A stretch of 63,954 bases of DNA, counting the filler, from Perkinsus olseni (lineage: Eukaryota): assembly GCA_013115125.1 (NCBI GenBank). It is 4 parts of 4 records of this genome, joined end to end, with 100 filler letters (N's around TTAATTAATTAA, not from the genome) between each part and the next. Parts side by side here need not be neighbours in the genome. Positions count along the whole stretch, not along the records: positions 1 to 16,923 come from JABANN010000662.1; positions 17,024 to 33,938 come from JABANN010000663.1; 2 more parts are not named here. The stretch is one strand, 5' to 3'. Below the pieces are notes generated by a model. That model was not told the origin of the DNA. It did no database searches and saw only the letters and a list, made by a program, of their open reading frames with translations. The translations under genes were made by a program, and so were the position numbers. This document shows positions 12,005 to 25,396 of this stretch, one piece after another; the first letter of the stretch is position 1; every line of letters begins with the position of its first letter.

Positions 12005-15000
12005 TTACATAAGAGAGCAATCGCTATTAAAATCCCCCGCCTGTGACTCGGCCTGGGAGGCACCGGGCTTCGGCCCTGCACCCGACGCTGCTAGGGAGGA
12101 GGACGAAGACCGTTGCTGCTGCTGCTGTTGCTGCTGTGACGTGAAGGAACTGCTTCTGAATGGTGCTTCGTTAAGCCTCTGACGTTGTTTCCGTAGATCA
12201 GCACAGGCAGCAGCGACATCCATATCGTGCAAGTCGAGGGAGGTAATAACGACATCAGCATCGGGCGTCATTACGTCACTCAACTCACACCTGACAATGA
12301 CAGAGCCTCTCCGAACGCGTCTGAGGGCAAACCTACCGGACTCGGACGAAGCGATTAGCCATCCGCTCGGCCAGTTGGAAACAGTCGTGCGGCTGCCACT
12401 GCCCCTGCCGTAGCGCCCAATCCGCAATAGCCGCGCATTCATCGTCCGTCAGGTCGCGAACCTGAGATCTCCTCCAAACCAACTTCCCTCAGCCATTGGC
12501 ATACCTCTCCCGGCGGACCTCCTCCCAGTAGCTGGTCCATAAAACCACCCTTGGCCTGCTTCAAGGCTTCCGTTGCGGTCTGCGAGGCCACGGTCTGCAC
12601 TCGTCGACGGAACTGAGCCACCGAGACCATCTCTGACAGAATCTGTGCATCGCTTCGCTCACTTCCTTGAGAAGCTCTGTGGCCGGGGTAGGGCCGAAGT
12701 CCTCCCTCTTGCTAGCCTCAGCACAAACGGCATAAGGCGGCTCATCATTCAGGTTCTCGTGGACCTGAGAAACGCATGGGGGTATTATTGGCGTGAAGGA
12801 ATGGTGGTGACCTGTATCACAACGCATGCCCTGTCCACATCCCAGTCGACTGTACTCAGAACCGAGGTTGCTTCGCTAGGTGGGTCAGCACACCTGAGAA
12901 TGACCATAGTCGACCTCAAGATTTTAATAAACCCCCCACTTTTCTCGCAGGTTGCAACAAACACGTAGGAGGCGGTACGCCAGCTGGGACTTCTCGAGAT
13001 CCTTTTCGCATGCCTTAACGCAGCCAGCGATGAGTTGGAGGTCGTTACCCGCGCATGTGTCCTTCGTACCATACTGAAGGTGACATTGCTGCTTCGGACA
13101 GGGTTCGTACCACTCCTTACGCTATTCACAATATGCATGACCATGGAGGCCGTGTGAACGTCCCACTTGGACGTGGCCAGACAACTCTGCGCCAAACGCC
13201 TGGTCTCGGACGAGCTCAAGGCCCCGTCCGGCCGCCGCTCAGCCAGTACATCGTTCAAATCATGTACCTGAAAAATAATAATAGAAAAGGCGGAGCGAAG
13301 CAAAACTTACGGCTCTGTCCCAGTCCCACTCAGTGGCCCGGAGTATCTTCACCGCAACTGAGGAGCTCACGACCAAACACAGGGCTTGCGCCATGTGAGC
13401 CACCTGACGGAGTGAGGGCTGGCTATCGCCGCCGATGGACGGCCGACCTTACCTGCGTTACCGAGTCCACCAGAAGTGAATGCGCAGCCGCGGACGGTAT
13501 CCAGTGGTTATCGCGCAGCACACCATTAAGGGTCGAGACTGAGACGAAAGGTAACACAAGAACTGTCCCCCCTTGATACCCTCCTACCCTTGGGAGCATC
13601 CTCGGACGATACATCCGCATCGTGTAAGAGGCCCTTTAGACTCTCTTGGGCTCTGTCCTCATCCACGACGGGGTACCTGTCGGAACAGAAACTGATATCT
13701 CTATACCAACGTTTCCCGAATATATCAAATTCAGTGTGATATACCAGTCTTGTAGTAGTAGTGGTAGTAGTATTAAATCGTCCGGAGTAGTGCCATAGCC
13801 AAGACTTGCGTTCACTTTCTATTCTCTACATTCTTCTTCGTCACAAAGACCAAGAAGAGGGGCGGGCAGTAGGAGTAAGACTCACCATCGCATAAGCCAG
13901 CTCTTGAAGTAGTCCTTATTCTCATCATACAGGCCCGCTAGCTCCTCATCTGTCGCGATGATTTTACACCGATGACCGGGGCTCTCGTCCCTACACAACC
14001 GATTGGGGATATCGGCAAGACCAGCCATGTCTTACTCGTCTCGATGCAGTGAGTCCATCTTCACCCATCCAGCGCCAGCAGGCAGGCGCAGGAGGGACCA
14101 GTAGTGCATGGCCCGGCCTGGGATGCACTCATAGACCAGGAAGCCTCTGAACCAACTGCCATTCCCGTTGTGATCTTCATTGGCAGCAGTAACGAATTTC
14201 TGTCCGGCGGAGCGAGAGAACTCCGGGATTGGTTCGGTCTCGATAATGACGTGCCTGTAGAACACTGCAGAGACGCAGCCGCTTGCCCTCCCTACGCTGC
14301 ATGTTTCTCAGATGCCAACTTGAGAGCCTCTATGTCAAACCAGCCCGTCCGAGCGCTCTCACCGCTCTTACCCGAGGCAGAAGAGGGCATCATCGAGACA
14401 CCTGCAAAAGCACCGGTAGTGATACCAACGGCGTCTCCAAGACGTACCCGATGGTGCGAGAAAACTGCCGCCTCGCTGGAGCAACGCCACCCGGGACTCG
14501 GCAGCTTGGAGGTGTGTAAGCTGATGAAAAAGAAAGCATCTCGCCATGATCGGCCGATGAGCCCTTCCCCCTACTGAGACAGCCTTCCTCTGTGCAAGGT
14601 TGTTGAGAGCATGAATGGCGCAGGTGGCTGTCCCATTGCCTTGGCACTCGAAGTACCTGCGAGTCCTGTGAGTAGTAAAGGAGGCGTACCGCTAGCGTAC
14701 AGTCCCATAACAGCTATATCGGCCGTACTCAGGTACCGGGACGAGGTGGGCGTTGCACTACTGTCATCAAGGACATTCGATGCCTCTTCCAAAGAGGAGC
14801 CACCGCCGGCCTCGTCGAAGGACTGCTGTAGCGCCTGACGCACCATCGGTGATATAATGCAGCACTATGCGTATCCAGCGAGATGCCCATGGTTGTGCTA
14901 TGCTTGGTCTGCATCGACCGCTGATGACGACCCTCTACCGCCCAGAAAGTGCCCCAGACCGTCTCGACGACCCCCTTCCCTCCTCAATACCTCAGCTACA

Positions 15001-16730
15001 GCCTCATCATCCTTCTCCTCATCCTGTATCACCACCGGTGTCACCACTGGCCGAGGAGTGTACCTGACCTCCTCACTAACCCAACAACGGCCTCTGCAGT
15101 CGTAGCAGGGAGTACCTCACTATGAAAGCGTCACCCGGTCGGACACCCTCAGGGATCGAAGTCCGTACAGTCTGACCATCTGGCGTCTGGGCTTGAAGGT
15201 TCGACCCTGGTACGATACCCAAAGCTGCCAAAGATGCCTTCCACTGTCCATTACCTTCGTCGTAACCCTCAGGACACACCACCTGCATCAGACTCACTTC
15301 CGGCTGCTCCGATTTACCGACCGGTGAGCCTTCTGGCAACTCGGCCTCCGCGTCCCCGGTGAGGAGGTCGAGTGCCTTCCCACTGCCCTCCGCAACGCCA
15401 TCAGCTATAGCCTCGGACGAACTCGACACTACTCTCTCCGCACTCCCAACTGTGTCATCAGCCTTCACGGAAGCCTGCTGTAGCCGCCGTCGAGGCGCCG
15501 AGTCATCAACGACGTGCCAGTCTTCAGCTGCCTTCACCTCTGGCCATTCAACCTCAGCAGGAGCAGCGGGGGCCGAGGCCGTATCCTGACCCTTAGTCAA
15601 GGCCTGGCACAGAACACTGCACACCGTCTACCCGACCCACCCATACCACCACAGCCTCCTCCTCCGCCGTCCAATCGTCCAGTCCAGGCGACAGCAGTGG
15701 AGAGCCATCCCCGGTACCCTAAGAGAAGGCCCAATTAGCCACCGTCCTCCTCCCATCAAGCGAGACGTGAGAGGTCCACCACTATCTGGACGGGTAGTGT
15801 CAAGAAGAGAGGTGGGCGTCGAAAGGAAGACAATTCAAGCTTGAGACTCTGCACTACAACGACTCGAAAAATACGCTCGCCTTGTCCCCGGGGACATCTC
15901 CGATTCGCATGAATTTTTGACTGATTGGCCTTAGGCAGACTCATGGAGGTCGGCTGTCCCTAGTAGGAGGCAATGAGTCCATGGCAAACCATTGACACAG
16001 TCCACTGCAACCCTACTGATCGCCACCCGAAGTGAGGTCATAGATGAGGCCACGGCTACCAAAACGCTGCTTGACCCCAGTGCCCGAGTACTACCAATAA
16101 GGCTTCGATTTGGGAGGGACTTCTCTCCTGAGCAACCTGTTCTAATTGGACGTTGAGCATGTCGCGTGCCACTTCCGCCTTCACCTCCATGCCCGGTAGC
16201 ACTTTCTGAGTTAAGAGCACCACCTCACCATCACCGCTGCTGCCGTCTTTGCAGTTACCATCTTATCCATATCGAAGCCGACGGCCAACAACACGTTGAG
16301 GGCCTCGTTGCTCTTTAAAACTAGCTTTCGTTGTGCTGGGGTGCCTTCCTCTTTGAGAATTGCCAATAGCGCCACCATCACGTCCTGGCCGTGAAAGAAG
16401 CAACATTCGAAGCCTCGCCCTGACAGGTCACAGGACCCCCAAAGGACTCGTCTCGTGACAGACAATCTCCAAACCCATCGATTTCTATCGACGTGTCTCC
16501 ACTCCTAACGAGCTGATTTTCCCGACAGAACACCCGAGAACACCATTCAACCCTCATAAACACGAGGCCCCTACCGGTCGACTGTGTAGCTCGGCGCAGG
16601 AAGTGTCCAAGTAGGTGAGGAAGTCCTCGGTAGTCGGGGTCTTATTTCGGGTAGCATCCTCATGCCGGTCACTCGACAAGGCCTGTCCAGCTGACGCTGC
16701 CGAAGAACTTGATCGAGTTCGGTCCACCAT
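12005..16730 (-). CDS. Multi-exon Josephin (MJD-family) deubiquitinase with UBA/CUE-like C-terminal repeats; outer limits uncertain, may be more than one gene
   Basis: Spliced exon YFECQGNGTATCAIHALNNLAQ (Cys 14620-14622), then GWFDIEALKLA, then GFLVYECIPGRAMHYWSLL...WVKMDS (His 14104-14106, Asp 14053-14055). Downstream KWDVHTA, DWDVDRA and DMDVAAA are UBA/CUE-like helices. Confidence 0.7.
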
Positions 16731-16923
16731 TAGAACGGTCAAAACAAGCAGCACTGGGGTATAATGCGCCCTTAGAGTTCGTCCGCTCGGCCTAAGCTAC
16801 TTTATCAACCGACAGGATAGTGAGTACCTTGATCGATAGTTGATAGTGAGGTAGAGTTGGGTAAGCGAGGAGGTTGGACGTTATGGGGACCCGACGAGAG
16901 TTGGCCCGGACCTCACTATCAAC

Positions 16924-17023
16924 NNNNNNNNNNNNNNNNNNNNNNNNNNNNNNNNNNNNNNNNNNNNTTAATTAATTAANNNNNNNNNNNNNNNNNNNNN
17001 NNNNNNNNNNNNNNNNNNNNNNN
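16924..17023. other. Artificial contig spacer
   Basis: 44 N + TTAATTAATTAA (stops in all six frames) + 44 N. Confidence 0.97.

Positions 17024-17096
<73 letters not shown>
17024..17096. repeat. (TAC)n microsatellite at contig end
   Basis: About 24 perfect TAC units next to the gap. Confidence 0.95.
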
Positions 17097-17098
<2 letters not shown>

Positions 17099-17238
17099 CG
17101 AGACGTGTGAGAAGAGACTCTTACGGCGATACTTCTGGGCAGTAGAACCTCCCCATCCCTCAAGGATGGCACCAACTTCCGCAAACACAGGGATATTCCG
17201 ATAGCGAGAATAACTCCGACCCGGGGTCGAGCACCCAC

Positions 17239-18290
17239 CTCGGAGTGTTGAGCCTGAGGTCAGCCGACATGACAGCAGGGAGGGGCAGATGGACCTGACG
17301 GGACAGTTTGGGAATGGGGGCTAGGGTGGAGGCCTCCTCACCTTCTGAATTCCAGTATCTACCTCCCGATCCACTGTCAGCTCAGTATTATCATCAGATA
17401 CAACAACCTGATCAAGTACGCATACATGAGGATATTTCGTACCACTCCTCGCCCACATTGCTAGCACATGTAGCCTGTGGCCAGCCTAACATAGCAGCCA
17501 ATAGCTGACAAGTCTGTCCCATATCGCCGTCTATCGACTGCTTCCCCATCAATACCAATAATGGATCCTGAACGGCAACAACAACCCCCACATACCCCCG
17601 TACGCGCCTCCATCGTTGAAGGGCATCAAGGAAGGCCCACTACCTCCTTCTCGACGATCTTCTTAATCAGCTTAGCAACCGTTAAGGGCTGAAGCTCCTG
17701 GTCGGTCCGCAGATGAGTCTGCAGGTGGATCTGAGAACAAGGCCCAACCCTCGATACCTCACCCGCACAGGTTCGATCCCACCACCTACTGCTCTATCAC
17801 ATCCCATCGCCAATGCTTGACGGAGCTGCTCAGTGGCCCTGAGAGAGAGTTCATCCAACCTTCAACCATCTCATCCGAAGCTGTCCGACCAAGAGAGCAC
17901 GACTGAGGAGCTCACACTGAGATGAGCCCCCCGGGTACAGAAGCGCCAACGCACAGCATCCCAGCATTACTTATCGGGACCAGCACAGACAGCCACAACT
18001 TCAGACAAACGACCTGCTTCCTTCATTCGTAATGCTTCCTGAAACAGCGTATCTTCCGTTCCATCAGCATCAACCTTCAACCTAAGATACTACGAGCCCT
18101 CTGCTAGTACCTCCACAGCAATCTCACAGAAGGGATTGACACTGTGTTTAACATTGGCGATGTCAACGCCCGCCTTGCTCGCCATAACCTACAACTCCAC
18201 TGTCCGCCCGTCACGTCGTGTCACCACACTCACCCGAACTTTCACAGCGTAGTCGACGACGCGCTTGATGCATACCAACGCCTTAGCCAT
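17239..18290 (-). CDS. ETFB: Electron transfer flavoprotein beta subunit, spliced; 3' exons lost at the contig end
   Basis: MAKALVCIKRVVDYAVKVR, NVKHSVNPFCEIAVE, LRQALAMGCDRA, LQPLTVAKL, LMGKQSIDGD, LLAAMLGWPQAT, LNTPR then a GT donor. Confidence 0.93.
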
Positions 18291-18538
18291 TACACACAAA
18301 AAAGTAGAAAAAAACCTGAGTAAAATTGCTCAAAAACAAATTTGGAAGACAAAACAAAACAAAAAAGCCTTGATTTGGAAACGTTGATGAAACCTGAACA
18401 GCATCACACTGACAATATCAGGGTTCAGTTTTGGCCTTCTTGGCCTCCTCCTCGTTCTCTGCCACTCCATCTTGTACGAGTTTATCCTCCGCCGCCGTCA
18501 CCACTTTGATCGCCGTGAGAATGAAGCCTTGAGCTGAG

Positions 18539-19699
18539 TTAGTCGCCGATTGCATTATCTGAGAAGTCCCAACATATAAGAACAGAAATCCTTCCGCGGG
18601 GTAAGGACTGGAAATAGACAGAGGGCCATTCCAAAACGTCTTGCTCTAGCGACCAGTACAAGACAGATGAAGGCTGGCCCAGGGAGAACCGACCATAAAA
18701 TCGATACAGGTGCATCGCTCCGCCTACCGGATGAGTTCGATTTGGCAGGACTTGATGTTCTCTAACGATTGGCTCTGTTAAGGTGACGTTGATCCACTGC
18801 GGTAGTTTGATGAGCTGTCGTTGCAGCTGCTGGACGAGATCCATGTGACGAGCTAATACCACTAGTGTGCCGCAATAGGGAGATATCTCTGACATAAATG
18901 CGCCGTGATGGGATAGAACCAGATACCTCCCGCATGAGAGACCTGCCCTCGACTTACGCTCCATAACAACCGATGCAACCTCGAAGAACTCCTTGGTACT
19001 GCCGGAGATCGCCAAGTCCATCCAGACCATAACACCTCCGTCTGGGTTGATAACCGGATTCCCAACGACCTACCACCATATCCAATAAAACGCTCCTCGC
19101 CGGGAATCGAACCCGGGACCTATTACCGATCTCTTAGTCGAATGCTTATGATAATGTCTAAGCCCATCACTGCCAACTTCATCGTCTTGTTTTCCCTTCT
19201 CTTCCTCTATTCCCTCCGCCTCCACCAGCTGAGTCTTCGACAGCAAAGCCCCCACCACCTCCCCTGGTATTCCCAACTCCGTTACAGCCGCGTCCGGAGT
19301 CGTACCTGATGCCCCTCTAGCTCATCCACGACCGCGCGCCACGAAATTCGTGCCCTTCATTCTGGTGTCATCAGATGAAAGAGGAGCCCACATGCTACAG
19401 CTCGACCTCTACGCTCATTCAAACATCAACATTGGTTCAACCAAGCCATCCGAGGCAATCTCGCTCGCCCTCCGTCTGAGTACCTCTCCCTCTGGCCAAG
19501 CGTTCAACCTTTTGCCCTCGCTGTAGTGCCGCTGCAGTGATGAGCCCGCCGCAACTGTCATCCCATACAACCAGAGAGCTACAATGTGACGTGTGACGTA
19601 GAATGGACCCGACCAGATCGAATCTGAGTTGCCAAAGGAGTGGTACTGGAATTCAGCACACCCGCGCATACCTGGGTCCATTAGCCGCTCCAGGCGCAT
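18539..19699 (-). CDS. Hypothetical multi-exon protein
   Basis: Several ORF pieces separated by short GT-AG segments. No recognisable motif. Confidence 0.3.
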
Positions 19700-21599
19700 A
19701 ATGACAATAATTGAATAAGTTCAACGGCAGCAGGGTGACTTCCCTCAAATACTTCTTCTGCTTCTTCCGCAGATATTTCTCTTGAGAGAATCTGATAGAA
19801 ATAAAGGAAATCAACGTAGATCTTTTTAAGTCTTCGAGCTTGAGCCCTTCTACATCTCAGCGGACACTGTCATGTGGACAAGCATCGCTTAACATCTTAT
19901 CGTATCTTTGGCAGTTCAACCTCCCCGTACAGGTCCAGAATGGAAGATTCCCAATAGCCCAGTACTACTGTGTTTTCATCTCGAACGTTTTACTCTTTAA
20001 TGCGGCGTCGGCGGCCGAAGACGCCCCGATATCCGGTTGGTTATCCTCTGAACTCTGCTCCAGGAACCTGACCACCAAAGGACTCGGGTTCGATCCCTGC
20101 ACCATGAACCCTCGAGCTAAGGGTGAGAATAGCAGCACGCCTTCGCTTTCACGAGGTCGGCTCGGCGAAGACTTTGCATGGGACGCCTCTGCCCCTCCGG
20201 GTGGTATTACTGATTATTAACTGTTGTATCAATCTCCACCGCTGCATCCTCCGAAGTGGATACCTGTAAAAAAGGAAGATATCAAAACTAGAACCAGAGA
20301 CCCTTCGCATAGAAAAGTGGAACACTAACCAACTCACCCACTCACCTTACTGCATTGGCTCCTCACCCATCCATCACCTCCACTGTGATGAATCGTCGAC
20401 CCATACCGTCGACCGATGAGAGCAGAAACTAAAAATCACACCAAAGCTAGCATGGTCAGAATCTACACAAAAAATGTCCCTCTTTCCCGAAAAGCAGAGT
20501 AATCGGAGGCTCCGCTCCGCTGTAACCCCTAAGCAGTGTTGAAAGAAAAGTCCTCACAACTATAAGACGCCCCGCACCGAAAGACAACTACCACCCCGAG
20601 AGAGTAACTTCATGCTGCGTGCATTCGTTTGAAGAGTGAGCCATCAGCCAACACCCATCCCGGCAGACTTATTCAAGTAGTCAATGACACTGTTAGAAAA
20701 ATATCGCCGCCAGGGATTGACCCGGGGACCAGCACTACCTGGGACGACAGTCTTGCCAATCTTAACGTTGTCCTGTCGCTTCGGTCGGGGCTTCTTCCCT
20801 TTCGGGCTATGTTCGCCATCGTTACCAGCGTCACTCCTCGGAGCCTTCGGTATCCGGACCACCTTAGCGCTGCCGTCCGATGCTCTGTACATGAAACAAC
20901 CCAGGTTCGATCCTCACACCTGTCACCTCCGGAGGTCTGTCAATTCTAAGACACTGCTAGCGGCAACGTAAACTCTTCCAACACCGATTTTGGCGTGCTT
21001 AGCGCAGCCGTGTTCTACTGGCACCACCGAACCTCTTCGAATCGGAACGCTGGACTATCGGAAGTACATCTGTTGTATGCCACAGCCCAGAATATTATTC
21101 AACCCACTCCGGGGTTGGACAATCCTGGGAGGAAGAGTCGAGTAGCAACCAACCATCAGCACGTTCGATGCTCCCATTGAATGTGACGTGATGAGGTCGT
21201 ATTATTACCGCACTATCACTGACTTGCCGTAGTCGATCTTATCCCACCCTTTATCATCCCCAGCAGCCGTAGTGGGTAGACGAAGAGTGGCCATGAGGAG
21301 CTCACGAACACTACCGCAATACCCGAAACGTGGCGTTTTCAATACTTTGCTTAGCAAAGTTAGCTATATAACTTATGAATACTTTTTTATAATATAAAAA
21401 ATATTAGACAGTTTATTTAATAGTAGATATGATAAACGGTAGAACGCTGTAGCATCGCGACATGGCCTCTGAACATACCCCTCCTCCCATTGCTCGCTAA
21501 GCTACTAAGAACTCAACAACAAAAAACAAGTGATGACTGTAAAGATACCCTGAATCGATCACGCTATCGATTTTATTATTCGACCACTATACGACAGTA

Positions 21600-24500
21600 T
21601 CAATCCAAATCAGTACGATTCTTAATCCTCTTAATGATATCAGAAGTAGATACACCCTCCGTCCTCGGCATGATCTGTAAGATACCCATTTCCCTCGGAA
21701 CCTGGCAACAACCACAATCTTGCTCCACTTGCATTTCCTCAACGCTAAGCCCTTCATTACCCTGTAGTAGTTATCATCGGGCTTGTCATATTCGGGACTC
21801 GCCAAGACAACATGAATGTTCCACTTTCGGATGAACTCTTTGTCCATACCGAAGCATGGGGCATTCGGTATCACCTTATACACACATCTGAGGAAGTGCA
21901 AGATTGCAAGATTTCAAGCACCACTCCACCCTACCTCAATGACTGTACCTCAGCCACTCTCTCCTCCAACGTCATTATCGGGTCCCTCTTATACCTGCAA
22001 CCTCGTCAATAACAGTATCAATGCGGAGCGTGATTCTAATGACCCCCTCAGGGAAGCCACGAAGCTAATACGATCAACGGGGATTTCCGCGGGGGCTGCC
22101 GCGGAGGGGATACACACGAGAGATTGCCAAGGCAAGCAAACGATCTCGTCTCATCAACTCTGTGAAATACACAGAAATTCCGACTCTCATAGGCCACACT
22201 AGGTCAGCGGTGGAGATAACATTATTTAAAGAAAAGGCCACCAACTGATAGGATTCCCCGTATTACTTCCGCACATCTTCGTCGCTCATGACACCCACAA
22301 AAAGCCTATTACCATAATTCAATGCTCGCGCAATGTGATTCTTATGACCTAGAAAGGATATCGATCACCAGGGCGAGCGCGATTGTGATATCGAGGTTCA
22401 TCCCTTACCCAAATGGCATAGGTCGAACACTCCGTCAATGTAGACGTTCTTGACTGGAGTGAACATCGGCAGGTTCATGTAAGAGCAGATGTCGTAGAAG
22501 ATGGAGCAGTAGTAGAAGACTGCGCAGGCTGATCAACAACAGAAACTTGAACTGCCTTGACCGCTCGAGGCTTGATTGGCTGGCTCACAAGGATATCAAT
22601 ACATGATAAATGATAATAGATGGAAAATCATAATAATACAACGACCATAATTTCTACATTCGATCATTGGTAATTGTATACCAATAAATATCATGAATAT
22701 TGTAGTGCTTGAGTATGATGCTTGAAACACCCCGGCAAAGGCCGCTGGTTCAATCCCGGATTGTACGCATGTTCCGTCCACAACTTTAACTTGAATCGAG
22801 ACTATAAACCGAACGAAGTACTCCACCCCCAACCATATCCTCATCTTACCAATGATAGCGAGCTTGTCGAGTAAAGATACCATCGCCATGAAGACCAGCC
22901 ATCCATGCACATCACGATGGGCCATGCGGGCGACCACTGAGGGAGACACTCAGCCTACCCCACACGCTCTCTACGCCTACCTAAGTCCGCTGTGACGATA
23001 CTCATAAAGAGTCCATCGCAAATAATCGACTCCAATGAGGTAGAGTTGGTGATGCCCAATACGAACAATAAACCTGAGCAGCACGACAACAACAGCACAT
23101 GATAACAACTAAACTCGCCCGAAAATACCAGACACCTCCAAAAACACGGAAGTACCACTCCAGCTACAACTTCGCAGCGTGCCCTATCTCACACGATCAC
23201 ATCGCTCCGCCTCCATCTAGCATTCATCTCACACATTCACCAGGGCCCAAGGGATCGAGACACCACAGGGAATAGAATCTCTCCACCGCCATACTTGGGA
23301 CCGTCCGATAGAGCAGACAGAACAGCAGGATATTCCGTGTGGCAGGATTCTCCTTAATAACCACCACTCGGATGATGAGGGCTATGAGGAAGGCGTAGTA
23401 TACAGCTGAAAGGATATACACAGTCGAAGGTCGGTAGGTGGACTGGATCGGCTATTGGGCAACAATCAACGAACTCCAATTCTAATTTTTGTCATGCTGA
23501 TTGAGGACTGTAGCTACTTCTATATTCCCACAGCAAAAACGGAGAGCATCCGGCTGGTCAGCTGATCTATACAACAGCTTTCGCCGCTGCTTCAACGTCC
23601 ATCGAAGTGCCGTTCACAAGTCGCGCACGCCCGATAGTAGAATCTGCCGCCCTCCCGTTACTACTATGGACTTGGCTCACAGGATCTCCTGACAAAGTAT
23701 CCGGCAGCATAGCCAGGATACGACTGATAGGCCCCCGACTGGAGAACGAACAAGCACAAATTACCGCGCGCCACAAAATTATTAACCTTACAAATAGTCG
23801 AATCCGGTGAGCATCTTAACAACAATAGCCATTTGGAAGACGAAAAGTGCCTCTCCAGGGCCGGTGAAGAGACCATACGTTATGAACCCTTTCTTGAATG
23901 CAGACAGCTGCGACCACAAGAATACCAACTGCCCCGTTTGAACCTGTCAAGTCACGTCATGCTTCGAAAGGTAGTCAATCGAGAAGCGGCTGAACAGTGC
24001 AAAAATCAACATGATTCCGAGCAACGGAGCAAGTTACCCAGAAGGTTCGTTCCGGGCAAAACCGCGAAATAGAAAAAAACAAGCATCAATGACACTCCTC
24101 GCCGACATTGCCCAGCACAATACCATACATCACTGCCACCTTACTATGGCAACGAATACTCAAACCTGACGAAAGCAATTCACTCAGTGACGCTACTACC
24201 ACAACCGGGACCCAGAAGACGCTGGTAATGTATTCTGACAGTTTCCTAGTGAGTATTATTCCTTCGCCAGAATATGCGGAAAAAAGTACGAAAAATAATC
24301 AAAAAAAATCTTAGGGCAATGACCAGTAATACCAGGTAGAGCAGACCCCTCCCCTTTCCCTCAGTATTACCGCATACCATACACATCGGGCATCGGAATC
24401 AATATCTGGATCAAATCCCATTAACATAGCCATCGTTATTATAATAAATATCACAGCTACATTATCACACGCTTGATTAAAAAGATATCCCAACGGCGAC

Positions 24501-25396
24501 TCGTTCCTGACAACGCCGAGCTCGAACGGAAGGCAGCCGTGAACTTAGAAGAATGAAACACCACAGAAATACACCGATTCTACAATTGCTGAGCCGAAAG
24601 GGTGCAAATAAGGGTAGCAGATAAACCAGCTTTCAACGGGATAAACTATCATGTGAACTATCATGGGAGAAAAAGTCTCACACGAAGCCCCACAGCGACC
24701 TCGAAAGACTGATTACCCCATGGACTGACCTGATGTTCTTGGCATGCTTTCCGTCCACACAGTCAAATAGTTGATAGAGCGTGAACATGACTATGGCCGT
24801 GGCAGAGGCGAAGTAGGGATGAGTCTTACGGTACCTAAACAACAACAGACGTGGACCTCCAGGGTCCGGAGATATAATAATGATGATAATTCTACTGCTC
24901 ATGCCAAACGCTTATGGATTACTAATCTCTCATCACCAACCATCACGATTTGCAGAAAATACGAACACGACGGCGGTGGCCACCGGAGAAGCAGCAGCCG
25001 TGGCCTCCATCGATCTTTGCCTTACATGAAGGTGTAGTAGTAAGCCTGCAATGCACATACCAATGATGCCAATGTTAACACGTTCGGTGCCAAGGTCGCC
25101 GGGATATATTTCGCCAAGCTGACAGAAGTGAAAAGATATTCTTTAGAAGTATCTTTGCAGGTCGACCTTACAAGTCGCCGATAGGTGATATGATACGCGT
25201 TGAAAGTGACTTGTCGTAAATATCTAAAACAAAACGAAATTGAAAACGATCCAAGGCGAGTTCAATTTCTACCATTCTTCCAGGTAGATATATTCTTCAA
25301 ATCATTGGGCGTGAGGAACCTGGTCCCGAAAGGCTCCACACCCGTAGTGTTGGTCGGTATTGTCTTATGAGACTGGGCCTCCACGTGCGGTGACAT
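21600..25396 (-). CDS. CDP-alcohol phosphotransferase (CEPT-like) fused to a C-terminal CTP:phosphocholine/phosphoethanolamine cytidylyltransferase
   Basis: N-part: PATLAPNVLTL and DCVDGKHAKNIR|NESPLGYLFNQACD, plus many TM helices. C-part, within the same exon as the last TM region: VYIDGVFDLCHLG|H (HxGH), then LFVGVMSDEDV, YKRDPIMTLEER, RCVYKVIPNAP, MPRTEGVSTSDIIKRI. Confidence 0.85.

Noticed and set aside
16968-16979. TTAATTAATTAA recurring every ~17 kb as a biological periodic motif
   Set aside because: Always centred in N-runs; it is an assembly linker and the spacing reflects contig lengths.
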